DNA of 60,070 nt from Planctomycetota bacterium (GTDB lineage: Bacteria; Planctomycetota; GCA-002687715; DRQF01), in assembly GCA_036479435.1 (NCBI GenBank), contig JAZGFI010000292.1, positions 1-60,070 of the forward strand, in the 5' to 3' direction. Below are positions 17,670 to 27,598 of this stretch, piece after piece. Numbering within the stretch: position 1 is the first letter of the stretch; every line of letters starts with the position of its first letter. Position numbers and translations under genes: made by a program. The notes below the pieces were generated by a model that had not been told where the DNA came from, made no database searches, and was given only the letters and a program-made list of their open reading frames with translations.

Positions 17670-19430
17670 ATGAAGTTCCCGGCCCTCTTCGCCTCGCGAC
17701 TGATCACAGCCACCGACGATCGTCCGGTCCCGGTGGAGGGGGCTACGTGGATTCAGATTTCGACCGCTGGTGAGTACTTTGGTCATTCCGGGGGCCCCTT
17801 CGAACTCAACCGCGAGGCCTTCGAGTGCATCATTCGGAACTTCCAGGCCCACCCGAGCTTCGAGCTCGACCCCGTAACGGGCTTCGGCCAGGCTGACGTC
17901 ATTGCGTTCGACTTCAGCCACGCGAGCGAGGAGCCCCCGGCGATGGTTGGCGTCCAGGGAGCGCCAGCGCAGAGTTGGGCCCTGGATCTTGAGATCCGCA
18001 CCGACGAAAAAGGTGACCAGCTTTGGGCGCTCACGCGCTGGCTGGAGCCCGCGCGGAGCTACGTCCAGCAGCAAAAGTACAAGTGGACTTCAGTCGCCGT
18101 CTTCCCTGAAGCCGTGGACCCAAAGACCGGTGAAGACATCGGTTGGTACATGTCCTCCATCGCCTTCACCAACGATCCGTTCATCCAAGGCATGACGCCG
18201 ATTGCGGCCCGTAGGGCCGGGCTGCGGCTCAACATGAGCCCCCAGTGGCTCTTCGATGCGGTGAAAACGATCCTCGGTCTGCCGACCACATCCTCCCTCG
18301 AGGAGGTCCAAACAGCGCTGGCTCCAGCCCGCGCGGCAGCCCAACCTGGGGCAGCCCCGCCGGTCGGCGTTGACGTAGATGAGCTAGTGCTGGACCTCAA
18401 AAGTCTGTTACAACTGCCTTTGTTGGCTGATGCGGAAAGCGTGTTCGCTGAAGTCGACAAGCTGTTTGGGCTGATCGCTGCGGAGCCTCCAGCGCCCGTT
18501 ACGCAGATCCCAGGTGATCAGACCGCCCCCGGAACCACGACCGCACTTGCGGCAGGAGTATCGACACACATGAAGGAATGGATCATCAAGCTAGCCCGCC
18601 GCGCGGGCATCGACTTCGATGCGGGCGACCTCGATGACGAGGTGAAGAGCCAGATGCTCGCCCAGCGAGTTGTGGCCGCAACGCTCCTCAAACTCGAGGG
18701 GGCCGAGACCGCGACCAAGGCGTTGGGCGCAATCGCCAAAGCTCTCGGAGTCAACGATCCCGATGCCGCCGTGGCCGCGCTCACCGAGATGCTCGCGAGC
18801 GTCAACGAGATCAAAACCGCCATGCCATCGCTCGCCGCGATCATGGAGGGCCAGATCACGGCTCAGGACGAGGAGGAAGAAGAGGACGTCGAGCGTGTCG
18901 CAGCAGCCAACGGCTGGGGCGATGACGTCAAGTTCCTCGCACGCACCACCCGCAGCGGCGGCGTCGAGTTCCCGAAGCGCGACCCCCAGCGACAGCTCAC
19001 CCTGAGCGTGTTCGCCAAGGAGCTCCAAGAGAACGCGGTCGTCTTCACCAAGAAGAAGTCGGCGCGAGATGCTTGGCGCAAAAAATACATGGGAGACGAC
19101 CAGCGTCGCTTGCCTGAGGCTCCGCCCTACCTGGGCCACAACTTCACCAAGCCCCAGGAGAACCAGCCCCACAGCCCGGTGCTGCGAGCGCTCAAGGGTG
19201 GACGCGGTGGGGCCCCAGTGCTCGGTCCGCCAAGCCATCCCGACCAGCCTGCCGGCGGATCGTCGATCAACTTCGATGATATCCCTGGCGCGAACCTCAC
19301 AGCCAAGTGCGAATACCTTGTTCGCAAGGACGCCGCCGAGGCTGGCGTCACCCTCACCTACGACCAGCTCAACTCCAAAGCCGTGATGATGGCCCGCGAG
19401 ATTCGCCCGACGCTGACCGCAGCCCGCTGA
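17670..19430 (+). CDS. Mu gpI-like prohead protease plus scaffold
   Basis: FDFSHAS, APAQSW, LWALTRW, YKWTS, SIAFTNDPFIQGMTPI. Confidence 0.88.
   Translation: MKFPALFASRLITATDDRPVPVEGATWIQISTAGEYFGHSGGPFELNREAFECIIRNFQAHPSFELDPVTGFGQADVIAFDFSHASEEPPAMVGVQGAPAQSWALDLEIRTDEKGDQLWALTRWLEPARSYVQQQKYKWTSVAVFPEAVDPKTGEDIGWYMSSIAFTNDPFIQGMTPIAARRAGLRLNMSPQWLFDAVKTILGLPTTSSLEEVQTALAPARAAAQPGAAPPVGVDVDELVLDLKSLLQLPLLADAESVFAEVDKLFGLIAAEPPAPVTQIPGDQTAPGTTTALAAGVSTHMKEWIIKLARRAGIDFDAGDLDDEVKSQMLAQRVVAATLLKLEGAETATKALGAIAKALGVNDPDAAVAALTEMLASVNEIKTAMPSLAAIMEGQITAQDEEEEEDVERVAAANGWGDDVKFLARTTRSGGVEFPKRDPQRQLTLSVFAKELQENAVVFTKKKSARDAWRKKYMGDDQRRLPEAPPYLGHNFTKPQENQPHSPVLRALKGGRGGAPVLGPPSHPDQPAGGSSINFDDIPGANLTAKCEYLVRKDAAEAGVTLTYDQLNSKAVMMAREIRPTLTAAR
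18570..19430 (+). CDS. in-frame internal scaffold protein (Mu gpZ-like)
   Basis: AGGAG RBS before an in-frame ATG at 18570; same arrangement as Mu I/Z. Confidence 0.6.
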   Translation: MKEWIIKLARRAGIDFDAGDLDDEVKSQMLAQRVVAATLLKLEGAETATKALGAIAKALGVNDPDAAVAALTEMLASVNEIKTAMPSLAAIMEGQITAQDEEEEEDVERVAAANGWGDDVKFLARTTRSGGVEFPKRDPQRQLTLSVFAKELQENAVVFTKKKSARDAWRKKYMGDDQRRLPEAPPYLGHNFTKPQENQPHSPVLRALKGGRGGAPVLGPPSHPDQPAGGSSINFDDIPGANLTAKCEYLVRKDAAEAGVTLTYDQLNSKAVMMAREIRPTLTAAR

Positions 19431-19440
19431 AAGGAACACG

Positions 19441-19851
19441 ATGCCCCAACCACGAGCCATCAAAGCACCAGAGTCTCTCCGGAGCGCCTTCAATTTCAGC
19501 GGAGCCGCCATCGCGATCAATCGCCTGGTGAACACCGACCCCACTCCCTCGGTTGCTGGTCGGGGTGATGCCATCGTGGCGCAAGCCACCTCCAACGGCA
19601 CAGTCCTCGGTGTGACCACCGAGGCGGCCCCCGACGCCGACGGTGTTGGCCGCACTATTCAGGTGCGTGACCGCGCCCTGTGCGTTGCCGGCGCTGCCAT
19701 CACTGTGGGTGACCTGGTGATGCCCACCACCGCTGGCAAGGTGCTCACGCGCACTGGCACCAACACCATCGTGGGAGAGGCGAAAACCGCCGCTCTCGCC
19801 GACCTCGACATCATCGAGGTGGAGCTGAACCTCCCGGCGTCGGGCATCTGA
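19441..19851 (+). CDS. capsid cement/decoration protein (DUF2190-like)
   Basis: VLGV...AGAAITVGDLV...GK...VGEA; lies just before the capsid gene. Confidence 0.8.
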   Translation: MPQPRAIKAPESLRSAFNFSGAAIAINRLVNTDPTPSVAGRGDAIVAQATSNGTVLGVTTEAAPDADGVGRTIQVRDRALCVAGAAITVGDLVMPTTAGKVLTRTGTNTIVGEAKTAALADLDIIEVELNLPASGI

Positions 19852-19864
19852 CAGGAACACGAAG

Positions 19865-20986
19865 ATGAGCAATCGCATTCTCCCAGCAAAGGCCTCCTTC
19901 ACCCAGCACGTCCCTGGCTTTGGCCAGCCTGGCAAGCAGTACAATATCAAGCTCAACCTCACTCCCCAGGATATCCAGCGTCTCGGTGTGCGAGCTGGGG
20001 AGCCGTTGACGTTCTCGCTCACCCCCGACGATGTCCATGTGGAGGAGGAGCTCTCCACTTACCTCGGCGGCTACCACCCCACGGGCTTTCGCGCAGACGA
20101 GGCATCCAAGGTGGTCCTTGTGGACCACGACAAGGATCTGTTCCGCGACTTCTCCAGCGATGATGCGTTCCTGCGCGTCGATGTGAAGGGCTCGACCGAG
20201 GGGGCCATTCCTGAGGTGGATCCGGTCAGCTCAACCACGCAGTACGACGTGGTCGATCGCTTCCTTGGGTCGTTCGTCAACGACATCACAGAACAGAATG
20301 CGACCAAGCTCTTCCAGCCACGTCAGCAGGCCATGAAGCGCGTCAAGTGGGCGGTGCAGCTCGACCGTGAGCACGACACCTGGGACCTGTTGCAGGTTGC
20401 TGCGAGTTGGGCCGCTGCCAACACGGTGACCCTGGCCGCTGGCTTCGAGTGGAACGGCGGCGCGAGCTCCGATCCTATCTTCGACTTGCAGGCACGCATC
20501 GAGGCGAGCGCCCAGCATGTGACCGATATTTGGCTGAATCAGCAGGTCGGGCACGACTTCCTCCGCAACCCGCTCGTGCGTGACCACATGCGGCAGATGA
20601 TCGGCGACAATGCGCCCAACAATGCCGTCGGAAGCGTGGCGGATGCGCAGGCGCGTGCCGTCGACTTCCAGATCCCAGGCCTGCCACCCATCCACATCGT
20701 GGCTGGCAAGTCGCGCGCTACCACCGGAGCGGCGCTCTCGTTCATTCTGGGCAGCCACGCCGTGCTCACCACCTCACCACCTGGTGTTCCCACGGACGGC
20801 ATGGAGATCGCCACCTCGTACACGTTCCGTCGCCGCGGGCGCGCTGGAACGGGCTTCGAGACGCGCGAGTTCCGAGTGGAGGGACGCGGCCCCAAGGGCG
20901 GCACCATGATCGTAGCCAGCATGGCCGACGTCGCTGTCATGACAGGCAACAACGTCGGCGGTCTCATCAGGGACGCGCACCAGTAA
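19865..20986 (+). CDS. major capsid protein
   Basis: 373 aa; position after protease and cement; W.....SDPI.D motif; followed by a terminator. Confidence 0.85.
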   Translation: MSNRILPAKASFTQHVPGFGQPGKQYNIKLNLTPQDIQRLGVRAGEPLTFSLTPDDVHVEEELSTYLGGYHPTGFRADEASKVVLVDHDKDLFRDFSSDDAFLRVDVKGSTEGAIPEVDPVSSTTQYDVVDRFLGSFVNDITEQNATKLFQPRQQAMKRVKWAVQLDREHDTWDLLQVAASWAAANTVTLAAGFEWNGGASSDPIFDLQARIEASAQHVTDIWLNQQVGHDFLRNPLVRDHMRQMIGDNAPNNAVGSVADAQARAVDFQIPGLPPIHIVAGKSRATTGAALSFILGSHAVLTTSPPGVPTDGMEIATSYTFRRRGRAGTGFETREFRVEGRGPKGGTMIVASMADVAVMTGNNVGGLIRDAHQ

Positions 20987-21015
20987 TCCACGCGGGAGCC
21001 CCCTTCTTCCGCGCG

Positions 21016-21053
21016 AGGGCAGCCGGACCATCACCCGGCTGCCCTTCTTTTTT
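21016..21053 (+). terminator. rho-independent terminator after the capsid gene
   Basis: AGGGCAGCCGG/CCGGCTGCCCT stem followed by TCTTTTTT. Confidence 0.85.
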
Positions 21054-21144
21054 GACCCCGTCCAGTGTTAGGCTCGGCCTGTCAAGCTGCTGCGTACCAA
21101 GAGCCCAAGGCGCCGCAAGTGTCGGGCCAAGACAAGGAGACCCC

Positions 21145-21540
21145 ATGATCGAAATCACCGAAGAAACCACCATCGACTTGCTGGCCAAAGAGAACGGGCG
21201 GAGCGATCTGGAAGAACTCGCCAAGCACCTTGAGATCGAGGAGCCAGCGACCTTCAAGAACAAGACGCAGCTCGCGCAAGCCATTCTGGCGAAATACGAT
21301 GAGCCTGAGGACGACGCGCCTGAGGGTGAGGACGAGGAGATGCCCAGCGATCCAACGCTGTCAGACGTGCGCAACTGGAAAGTGCACACCACTATCCAGT
21401 ACACCAACCAACGCGGGAAGCGGTGCTTGGCGTTTCCCGGCGATGTCATCAAGAATATTCCCAACAACATCGCCCAGGACTTGTGTCGCCGCGGCCGAGG
21501 CGAAGACGACCCCGCCGTCCTTGAGCCCGTTCTGCGTTGA
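21145..21540 (+). CDS. HeH/Rho-N-like domain protein
   Basis: DLEELAKHLEIE...NKTQLAQAI; typical gene after the capsid gene. Confidence 0.6.
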   Translation: MIEITEETTIDLLAKENGRSDLEELAKHLEIEEPATFKNKTQLAQAILAKYDEPEDDAPEGEDEEMPSDPTLSDVRNWKVHTTIQYTNQRGKRCLAFPGDVIKNIPNNIAQDLCRRGRGEDDPAVLEPVLR

Positions 21541-21557
21541 TGGTGTAGACTGCCACC

Positions 21558-22046
21558 ATGGCAGGTCAGCCCCATCTCATCACGCAGCGTCAGGTTGAGC
21601 TTCGCTACGGATCCAAGATCGTGCGCGATTACTTCGATGGTGACCGAGGTGGCCAGGCCGATCCCGAGAAGGTCGAGGAGGCGCTGGGCGAGGCCTCCGA
21701 CGTCATCCGCGGTCTCTTGCTCCCGGGCTTCCCCAGTCTGGACCACCAACAGAACCTGATCACGCGTGACCGAGCAGTGCAGGGCTATTGCTGTGCGGTC
21801 TTCATGGGTGTCGCGGCTAGACGGAAGGCCTCACTGCTTGATGCCAATGGGGAGAACGTTCACACCAAGCTCTCTGACAAGGCCGAGAAGAAGCTGAAGG
21901 AACTGGCTGCAGCCAATCAGCGACGGGGGGGGCGCGAGCCGGAGGTGGGCAACAACGCCAAGGTGGGCGTCTCCGCGAACCGCGAGCCCATCCCCAGCGT
22001 GTTCCAGGCGACCGCTGCTCGGCCTGGTGGGCCTGGTGGGTACTAG
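21558..22046 (+). CDS. head-tail adaptor (Mu gp36/DUF1320-like)
   Basis: VEEALGEASDVIRG.L; synteny. Confidence 0.75.
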   Translation: MAGQPHLITQRQVELRYGSKIVRDYFDGDRGGQADPEKVEEALGEASDVIRGLLLPGFPSLDHQQNLITRDRAVQGYCCAVFMGVAARRKASLLDANGENVHTKLSDKAEKKLKELAAANQRRGGREPEVGNNAKVGVSANREPIPSVFQATAARPGGPGGY

Positions 22047-22049
22047 TCT

Positions 22050-22478
22050 ATGGCCGCTGAGTTCTTCGGCGTAGATCTCGACACGCGCGAGCTCGATCGC
22101 GTCCTCGAGGACATGGGCGACGACGTCGATGGTCGCCTGCGCTCGGTCATGTCTGTTGTCGCCGAGATGCTCGTGACCGGGGTGAGCGACCGCTACGACA
22201 GTTCTGGTGATGGGGAGTGGGCACCCAATGCGCTTGGGACCATCCGCAAGAAGAAGTCTGCGAAGCCGATGATCGACGGTGGACGGCTATCCGGCTCGAC
22301 CAACCCGTTCTTCGGGAGCGACTTCGCCGAGGCCACCACCAGCGTGGAATACGTCAAGTTCCATCTCGAGGGCGGACCCATCATCCCGATGCGCAACCCG
22401 TTCGATCTGAGCGACGATGTGCTGGACGAAGCCGAGGACTTCGTGCTTGATCAAGTCATGAAGGCGCTAGAGGGATGA
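22050..22478 (+). CDS. virion morphogenesis protein (Mu gpG-like)
   Basis: W.P....T..KK....MIDGGRL..S...EY..FH..G...IP.R.PF. Confidence 0.8.
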   Translation: MAAEFFGVDLDTRELDRVLEDMGDDVDGRLRSVMSVVAEMLVTGVSDRYDSSGDGEWAPNALGTIRKKKSAKPMIDGGRLSGSTNPFFGSDFAEATTSVEYVKFHLEGGPIIPMRNPFDLSDDVLDEAEDFVLDQVMKALEG

Positions 22479-22630
22479 CACTTCTGGGCGCACTCAACTT
22501 CCTCGTGCTGCAGTGGTTCTGCGTTCGTCTGGCCAAGTGCGTTGACGACCAGGGTCGCGTGCTCAGGTGGGTCTGGTTCAAGCGAGTGTGGCCGCTGACC
22601 GGTTGGTGGGGCGAGTACCGAAGGTTCTGA
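22475..22630 (+). CDS. 51-aa Trp-rich small protein (not in ORF track)
   Basis: MTLLGALNFLVLQWFCVRLAK...; ATGA and TGATG coupled on both sides. Confidence 0.6.
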   Translation: MTLLGALNFLVLQWFCVRLAKCVDDQGRVLRWVWFKRVWPLTGWWGEYRRF

Positions 22631-23622
22631 TGATCGGACAGACCAAGCTGATCCGCAGGCTCATCATGGCGTCCCTCCGGCCGCTCACGGGCGTGCGTGC
22701 GTCGGCCACGGCCACGGTGAACGTCGCGACCGGGCACACCGAAGACGTCAAGCTGCCCAAGAACTGTTTCGCCTACCCCATTCCAGAGAGCGCTGCCGGT
22801 GTCGCCGACATCGACGATCAGCGCCTTCTCCGCACCACCACTGAGCAGATCGTCAACCCCGGCGTGGCCTCCACCGTCAACGTCACGAGCGTACTCGGTG
22901 GCACCCGCTTCAATAGCCTCAAGGCTGGCGAGCGCCTCTTGTGGGATCCACCGCTGCTGGGGCTCGAGACGCACAGCGTGCTCGCGACGGACATGTCCGG
23001 CGGCGTCGATCCACCAACCGAGCACCAGGCCCCAGTGCACGACGTCACGAGCTTCGAAGAGATCACCAGCGCCGAGCTAGCTCAGGATCTCTTCCAGGGC
23101 CGGCTTCAGGGCCGCATCCCCAGCGTCGTCATCAGTTGGGATCGCAGCGACGAAAGCGAGCGCAAGGGACGCAACGCGCTGGGCACACCCGAGCGATGGA
23201 ACCTGTTCTGCGTCACCGAGAACCACCAAGGCGAGATGGCACGGCGTGACGATGGGCTCAACCTGGCCGATGCGGTTCGCGATGTGCTCGCCGACCGCCG
23301 CACCGTCGACGGGGCGCCCTTCAGCGATCCGCCGTGCACCGTGTTCGGGCGCTTCAGGCTCGCGGCCACCGAGTCATCGCTGGTGTATGTCGTGCAGCTG
23401 GACACGGTCACGGTCGCCAAACGCATCGATCTGCGCGTGCCCGAGCAGGTGCCACCCGGTTGGGTGCCAGACGCCGCGGACCTTACCGCCTTCAGCGATT
23501 GGGACACCACACGCTACACGCTGGGCACCACCGACGGCCTCGCGATAGTCGACGGCGCCGTGTATAACCAGGTGCAAGGCGACTTCAACGAAGACTTCAA
23601 CAACGACTTCGACTCGCTCTGA
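22630..23622 (+). CDS. putative tail terminator/neck protein (gp37-like) with extra baseplate-J-like insert
   Basis: Synteny; N-terminal ASATATV...GGTRFN...GG resembles baseplate J; ends with DFNEDFNNDF. Confidence 0.55.
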   Translation: MIGQTKLIRRLIMASLRPLTGVRASATATVNVATGHTEDVKLPKNCFAYPIPESAAGVADIDDQRLLRTTTEQIVNPGVASTVNVTSVLGGTRFNSLKAGERLLWDPPLLGLETHSVLATDMSGGVDPPTEHQAPVHDVTSFEEITSAELAQDLFQGRLQGRIPSVVISWDRSDESERKGRNALGTPERWNLFCVTENHQGEMARRDDGLNLADAVRDVLADRRTVDGAPFSDPPCTVFGRFRLAATESSLVYVVQLDTVTVAKRIDLRVPEQVPPGWVPDAADLTAFSDWDTTRYTLGTTDGLAIVDGAVYNQVQGDFNEDFNNDFDSL

Positions 23623-24146
23623 TGGCCCAAACGTCCCGCAGTATCGCCGACCTAGAGACCCTGCTCGCCACCAATGGCGCCCGCGGCATCTCTGGCATAG
23701 ATGTGCGGGACCTCATGGAAAGCGCCATGGGCTGCTATGGCGGGCTGCACATCGATGGGGGCTCCACCGCCCTCAGTCTCACCGCTACGCCCGCCGAGGT
23801 GGACACCTGGCTGAGCTCGGCGAACCTTCGCAACACAACCGCCGATCTGGTCAACGGACGGCTCCAGCTCGACAGCGATGGCATTTGGCGGCTCGACTTC
23901 AGCGCGAGTTTCATCGTCGTCACCGCCACCGATCGCTTCAACTGGCAGCTCCGCGCAGATGCCGTGGCCATCGCCGGCGGGCAGCGCGACGTCACCGGTG
24001 TACTCGCCGAACGGGCCTCGGTGCACATCAGTCAGCTCTACACCGCGGTGGCAGGTGCAGAGATCTCCGTGTACGCTGCAGCGGTTGGTGCCGCCGGCGA
24101 CGCCACGCTGGAACATGCCAACCTGGTAGCGCATCGAGTAGGATAG
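23622..24146 (+). CDS. virion-associated beta-sandwich protein
   Basis: TGATG coupling; C1q/BclA-like beta pattern. Confidence 0.55.
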   Translation: MAQTSRSIADLETLLATNGARGISGIDVRDLMESAMGCYGGLHIDGGSTALSLTATPAEVDTWLSSANLRNTTADLVNGRLQLDSDGIWRLDFSASFIVVTATDRFNWQLRADAVAIAGGQRDVTGVLAERASVHISQLYTAVAGAEISVYAAAVGAAGDATLEHANLVAHRVG

Positions 24147-24150
24147 ACGC

Positions 24151-24666
24151 ATGGCCTCGGTCAACTACAAGCCCGGAACCTTTGCCCGCTTCTTCAAGGC
24201 GGTGAAGGGTCGGCTTGTCTCTCGCTTCGGAACGCAACGCTACGGTACGCGCAAGCAGCCCATGTTCCGCAACGCAGCCATCATCGGTGGGCGTCGTCCA
24301 CCGATGAAGGAGACCGACAAGCGCCACAGAGAGATCTCCCCACTTTCGGCGCGCCCGTGCAACCCAGCGGAGCTCAATTTCGAGATGGTCGTCGCCATCA
24401 CCCACAAGGAGGCGGTCAAGTATCGCCGTGAGTATAATCGCGCCGTTCGCGGTGGCGACATCATCGAGGTCGAAGAGCGCGACTATATCCAGTGGCTGGA
24501 GCTCGACGCCAAGCGCGCCGGAGAGGCGAAAGAGCGTCAAAAGGCCCTGGTGGAAGAGCGCGCGAAGGCCGAGGAAAAAGCGGCTGCAGAGAAGGCCCAG
24601 AGGGCAGGTGCGGCCGCTAAGAAGGCTGCCAAGAAGTCCCGCAAGAAGGCCGAAGAGAACGAATGA
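24151..24666 (+). CDS. hypothetical protein (Mu gp38-position)
   Basis: Y.R.YNRAVR.GDI motif directly before the sheath gene. Confidence 0.6.
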   Translation: MASVNYKPGTFARFFKAVKGRLVSRFGTQRYGTRKQPMFRNAAIIGGRRPPMKETDKRHREISPLSARPCNPAELNFEMVVAITHKEAVKYRREYNRAVRGGDIIEVEERDYIQWLELDAKRAGEAKERQKALVEERAKAEEKAAAEKAQRAGAAAKKAAKKSRKKAEENE

Positions 24667-24779
24667 CGATGCACGCCGACAACAGCGGGCGAGGCATTGT
24701 GCACGAGCACGGATGGGCTACTGCGAGCGGTTCCGGTGTTCTAGATGGGTCGGAGGTCCCGCCCAAGGAGTAACCGCCC

Positions 24780-26300
24780 GTGTCTATCCCGCTCGCAGTA
24801 GCCGCCTCGGTCAAGTCACCGGGGCTCTTTCTCGTCGTAGATCTTCTCGCCGGCCAGACCTCGCCCGGCAGCGCCACCAAGAAGGCGCTGCTGATTGCAG
24901 GCAAGGCCACAAGCTCGGGCACCATCACCGAAGACACTGAGCTGCTTGAGGCGGTGGCTGGTGCTGCTGCGGTGGGGACGTTCCTCGGACTCGGCACACC
25001 TGGGCACCTCGCGGCGAAGGCATTGTTCGAGGAGTACGGGCTTGCGCAAGTTGACCTCGTTGCGCCCCTTGAGGCTGCTGGGAGCGTTGCTGCGCAGACG
25101 GTCATCTTCGCCACTGGGCCCCCAACCGTCTCGCATACCCTAACGTTGTTCATCGCGGGTGTGCCCGTTCAGATTGTGTGGGCGGCGGGCGACACCGACA
25201 CAGTCGGCGGAGACACCCTCGAGGCTGCGATCAACGCCAACACCGATCTCCCGGTCACGGCGGCGAACGTGGCGGGCACGGTCACTCTCACTGCCAAGAG
25301 CGCGGGCCTTTGGGGCCTCGATGTCAAGACGACGCGCACCCTGGAAGATGGCACCACGGGCACGGTCACCGTGGGCGGGGCTGCGCTCGCTGGTGGCACC
25401 ACCGAGTTCGACATCAGCAACGTCCTCACCCTGGTCACTCAAAAAGAATACGACCTGATCGGGATCGTGACTTCGAACGCCGACGCCGAAGACGGCGGTG
25501 CGACCTCCGCCCCCGGTGAGCTCAAGACCCACATCGACAGCCTTGACGAAGGCCAGCAAGCCAAGCTCCAAGCGTTGGTGATGAGCGCCACGGGCACACT
25601 TGCCGCCGCCAAGACGGGCACGGATGCGATGAACTTCGGTCGCGCGCAGTGCGTGTTCATGAACGACGGGCTCGCACTTCCGGCGCAGATCCTCGGCGCT
25701 GAACTGGGGGCACGCCTTCGGGAGGAGTCCAGGGATCCAGCCGCCAACCGAATCCGCATCGAGTACAAATCCACGTGGCCCACTGTTGTGGATGAGAGCG
25801 CCGATGCGCTCACTGAGCCAGAGACCGAGGACGCGTTGAACAACGGGCTCACTCCCGTCTCGTACACCGCCACCGGAGACCCGCGGCCCGAGCGACCAAT
25901 CACGACCTACCACCTCGACAGCGGTAGCAACCCAGACGCGCGCCTCTTGGACACGAGTCGCGTGACGGGGACGGATGCGGTTGCCAAGGATCTGCGCGTC
26001 ACCCTGCCGCGCGAGTTCGAGGGGGCCAAGCTCTCCGAGGATCTGCAAGAGCTCGGAGATGAGCTCCCTGCCGGCGTCGTGGAGGTCCGCGACATCAAGA
26101 CGTTCATCGATGGGAGGGTGCGGTTCTGGATCTCGCTGGGCGTCGTGCAGCTCGCCCCCTACGCCGAAGCGCTCGACAACGGGACCTTCGTGGTGCGCGT
26201 CAACCCATCGGATTCATCGCAGGCGGACATCGTGCTGCCCATCAAGATCGTGCCCCCGCTCGCAAAATTTTCTCTGGTCGTCCAACACATCGGCCCGTAA
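24780..26300 (+). CDS. tail sheath protein (Mu gpL-like)
   Basis: VKSPGLF, VTLTAKSAG.WG, DPAANR, ALNNGLTPV, RPITTY. Confidence 0.92.
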   Translation: MSIPLAVAASVKSPGLFLVVDLLAGQTSPGSATKKALLIAGKATSSGTITEDTELLEAVAGAAAVGTFLGLGTPGHLAAKALFEEYGLAQVDLVAPLEAAGSVAAQTVIFATGPPTVSHTLTLFIAGVPVQIVWAAGDTDTVGGDTLEAAINANTDLPVTAANVAGTVTLTAKSAGLWGLDVKTTRTLEDGTTGTVTVGGAALAGGTTEFDISNVLTLVTQKEYDLIGIVTSNADAEDGGATSAPGELKTHIDSLDEGQQAKLQALVMSATGTLAAAKTGTDAMNFGRAQCVFMNDGLALPAQILGAELGARLREESRDPAANRIRIEYKSTWPTVVDESADALTEPETEDALNNGLTPVSYTATGDPRPERPITTYHLDSGSNPDARLLDTSRVTGTDAVAKDLRVTLPREFEGAKLSEDLQELGDELPAGVVEVRDIKTFIDGRVRFWISLGVVQLAPYAEALDNGTFVVRVNPSDSSQADIVLPIKIVPPLAKFSLVVQHIGP

Positions 26301-26366
26301 CCAAAAAGGCGACCCCGTCGGCCATGCACGGCCGCCGGGGTCAACCGACCTACTTAGGAGGTCAGT

Positions 26367-26882
26367 ATGCGCAAAGTACCCCTCGAGACTCGATTTTGGC
26401 AAAAGGTTCAAAAACTCGGCCCCAAAGAATGCTGGCCATGGCTTGCGTCCAAGAAGGACGCCAAGGGCTATGGCGGGATCAGGATTGGTGCGCCATCGAA
26501 GAAGGTGGAGCGTGCGCACCGCGTTTCGTGGATGTTGGCGCATGGCCCAGTGCCGCCGGGTCTGCAAGTGCTGCACAAGTGCGACAACCCCGGATGCGTC
26601 AACCCGGAGCACCTGTTCTTGGGCACGAACGCCGCCAACGTGGCGGACCGTGTCGCGAAGGGACGAACCGCCAAGGCTCACCTCGCCGAACTCATGAGGG
26701 CCAAGGCTCACCTTCGTCCGAGGGGCGAATCTCATGGGCGCTCCCCTTTGGCCGAAGCGGACGTGAGAGCCATCCGGACTCAAACAGCAATCAGCGGTGC
26801 GGAGTGGGGTCGTCGGCTGGGTATATCTGGTCGCGCAGTCTCAAGCATTCGACGTCGCATTACATGGAGGCATGTGGAGTAA
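26367..26882 (+). CDS. free-standing HNH homing endonuclease
   Basis: RFW.KV...CWPW...RAHRVSW...VLHKCDNPGCVNPEHLFLGT..N..D. Confidence 0.95.
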   Translation: MRKVPLETRFWQKVQKLGPKECWPWLASKKDAKGYGGIRIGAPSKKVERAHRVSWMLAHGPVPPGLQVLHKCDNPGCVNPEHLFLGTNAANVADRVAKGRTAKAHLAELMRAKAHLRPRGESHGRSPLAEADVRAIRTQTAISGAEWGRRLGISGRAVSSIRRRITWRHVE

Positions 26883-26885
26883 CCA

Positions 26886-27266
26886 ATGGCTGACAATGAA
26901 CTCAAACGGTTTCCTCGCGGCCAGATCGCGATCGGAAACGGTGACCTGCAACAGGCGGTGCTCGCCAGGTTCACCTACACCAACAACGGCAAGCTCAAGC
27001 ACAGCCTCCGCAAGAGCCCCTCGGGCTTCGTGCTGGGCACGCGCGAGGCCTCTGGATCGTTCGATTTGGAGATCGACGAGGACGGCCCCGAGCGCGAGGT
27101 CTTCGAAGCCATCCGCGGTGGGGAGATCAAGAACTTCCGCTACAAGATGCCGACGATCACCAAGACGATCGAGGGCATCTTCGTGTCGGTTGATGTGGAG
27201 GAGCCCTTGGACGACGCGGTCAAGTTCACGGTGAACTGGATCGGTAAGTTGAAAGAGGGCTCATAG
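26886..27266 (+). CDS. tail tube protein
   Basis: 126-aa beta-rich protein after the sheath gene. Confidence 0.7.
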   Translation: MADNELKRFPRGQIAIGNGDLQQAVLARFTYTNNGKLKHSLRKSPSGFVLGTREASGSFDLEIDEDGPEREVFEAIRGGEIKNFRYKMPTITKTIEGIFVSVDVEEPLDDAVKFTVNWIGKLKEGS

Positions 27267-27565
27267 TGTCCTCTGAGAGCGTCACTGTCCCCGTTCCAGT
27301 CAGCGTGGCCACTGGTGCGGCGGCGGTCGTGACGAACCTCCGAGAGAAGGCGGTCCAGCTTTCCGGCACCTTCTCGGCGACCATCACCATCGAGGTCAGC
27401 CTCGATGGCACGAACTTCTCGGCGCTGACTGGCGCGGTGGATCTGACGGCCCCTGCGGTCGTGGCCATCCCGTTCCTTGCCGTCTCGGTCCGTGCGGACA
27501 CCACGGTGTATGCGAGCGGGACTCCTGCCGCAGCCGTCATCGGGGACAACCCGCGAACCAACTAG
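27266..27565 (+). CDS. small virion protein
   Basis: VQLSGTF.ATITIEVSLDGTNF motif. Confidence 0.6.
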   Translation: MSSESVTVPVPVSVATGAAAVVTNLREKAVQLSGTFSATITIEVSLDGTNFSALTGAVDLTAPAVVAIPFLAVSVRADTTVYASGTPAAAVIGDNPRTN

Positions 27566-27598
27566 CCCCGGTGCCCGTGCTCAGCGTAGACTGCGAGC

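Noticed and set aside
26301..26885. Group I intron in the sheath/tube region
   Set aside because: Sheath and tube ORFs are intact, and the flanks are too short for an intron core; the HNH is free-standing
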